NCBI RefSeq assembly: GCF_963506605.1
Contig: NC_083276.1
Span: 47,368,001 to 47,432,000, forward strand
DNA from: Zootoca vivipara
Taxonomy: Eukaryota
Reading direction: 5' to 3'
DNA length: 64,000 bases
Shown: one piece after another, positions 63,291 to 64,000 of the stretch
Numbering within the stretch: position 1 is the stretch's first letter
How the letters are laid out: each line of letters starts with the position of its first letter
Program-made: the position numbers and the translations under genes
The notes under the pieces: generated by a model
The model's database searches: none
Told to the model about the DNA's origin: nothing
What the model saw: only the letters and a program-made list of their open reading frames with translations

Positions 63291-63530
63291 AGGAGGAAAG
63301 GAAAGGACATGCAGAGGCTCTAAATGACTGCATACTAGCACCAGGCAAAAATGTTTGCCTTCACCCAGGCCTTTGTGAAGGGTTGAGGTAATTTGCCAGC
63401 TGTAAAGTAGGTTTAAAATTGCTGCTTTGCCATGTGATTTTACTGTTTTGTTTAATTGACATGGTTTGTTTTATTCTGTGGTCTATCCTAGAATCAGTAA
63501 CGGATGAAGGACAGTACACAAATGGAAATA

Positions 63531-63803
63531 CTGTGGCACCTCGGTTTTTGAACGTCTCCGTTGACAAACATTTTGGTTTATGAATGCCATAAACCTGGAA
63601 GTAAATGCTTCGGTTTTTGAACACGCCTCAGAAGTCAAACATGCCACACGGCTTCCGCGTGCAATCAATCTGTGTTCAGCTAATCTCGGGAGCTCTCTTG
63701 CAACCAATTTGTTTTTGTGACTGTCTGCGCCTCAGTTTTCGAACATTTCAGAACTCGAACGGTCTTCCGGAACGCATTACGTTTGAAAACCAAGGTACCA
63801 CTG
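63531..63803. mobile_element. Tigger-like MITE
   Basis: TA-CTGTGGCACCTCGGTTTT...AAAACCAAGGTACCACTG-TA. Confidence 0.85.
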
Positions 63804-64000
63804 TAATAGATCAATATTATTCATCACCAGAAAACTAAGGTGATAGTGCATAAAATGAATTTCAGTGCATTAAGCGGTTGATGTAAATCTGTACACAACA
63901 TGGAATGATACTGTAATGGAAACATATAGCAAGGTTACTCATTACTTTGAAATAATTGACTTTTTTCATTTTAATAGCCATGATTATATCATAGCTGCAG

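Overview
Vertebrate genomic DNA, almost certainly from a squamate and probably a lacertid-type lizard (Sauria SINEs, BovB, squamate tRNA-CR1 SINEs). No host protein-coding gene could be identified; the window reads as a long intron or intergenic stretch densely filled with transposable elements. Only two ORFs look like intact full-length genes, both mobile-element encoded: a 604-aa hAT (Charlie/Buster, OC1-like) transposase inside a complete 4.8-kb element (26879-31655), and a 1010-aa endonuclease-reverse transcriptase in a full-length BovB/RTE LINE (54922-58140). The most notable structures read from the sequence are: (i) the hAT has a 9-bp rather than 8-bp target duplication and a 2.7-kb leader that looks like a captured host CpG-island promoter with ATG-free spliced exons, a GC-rich minisatellite and a decayed SINE relic; (ii) the BovB begins exactly at the first base of an HDV-like ribozyme fold; (iii) two Penelope-like insertions carry minimal hammerhead ribozyme motifs, one as a fold-back whose junction lies in the catalytic core; (iv) a solo LTR holds an acidic/SPR-basic reading frame; (v) there is a candidate 24-nt host microexon on the minus strand. 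Family names come from recalled motifs, not database searches, and boundaries of old elements are approximate.
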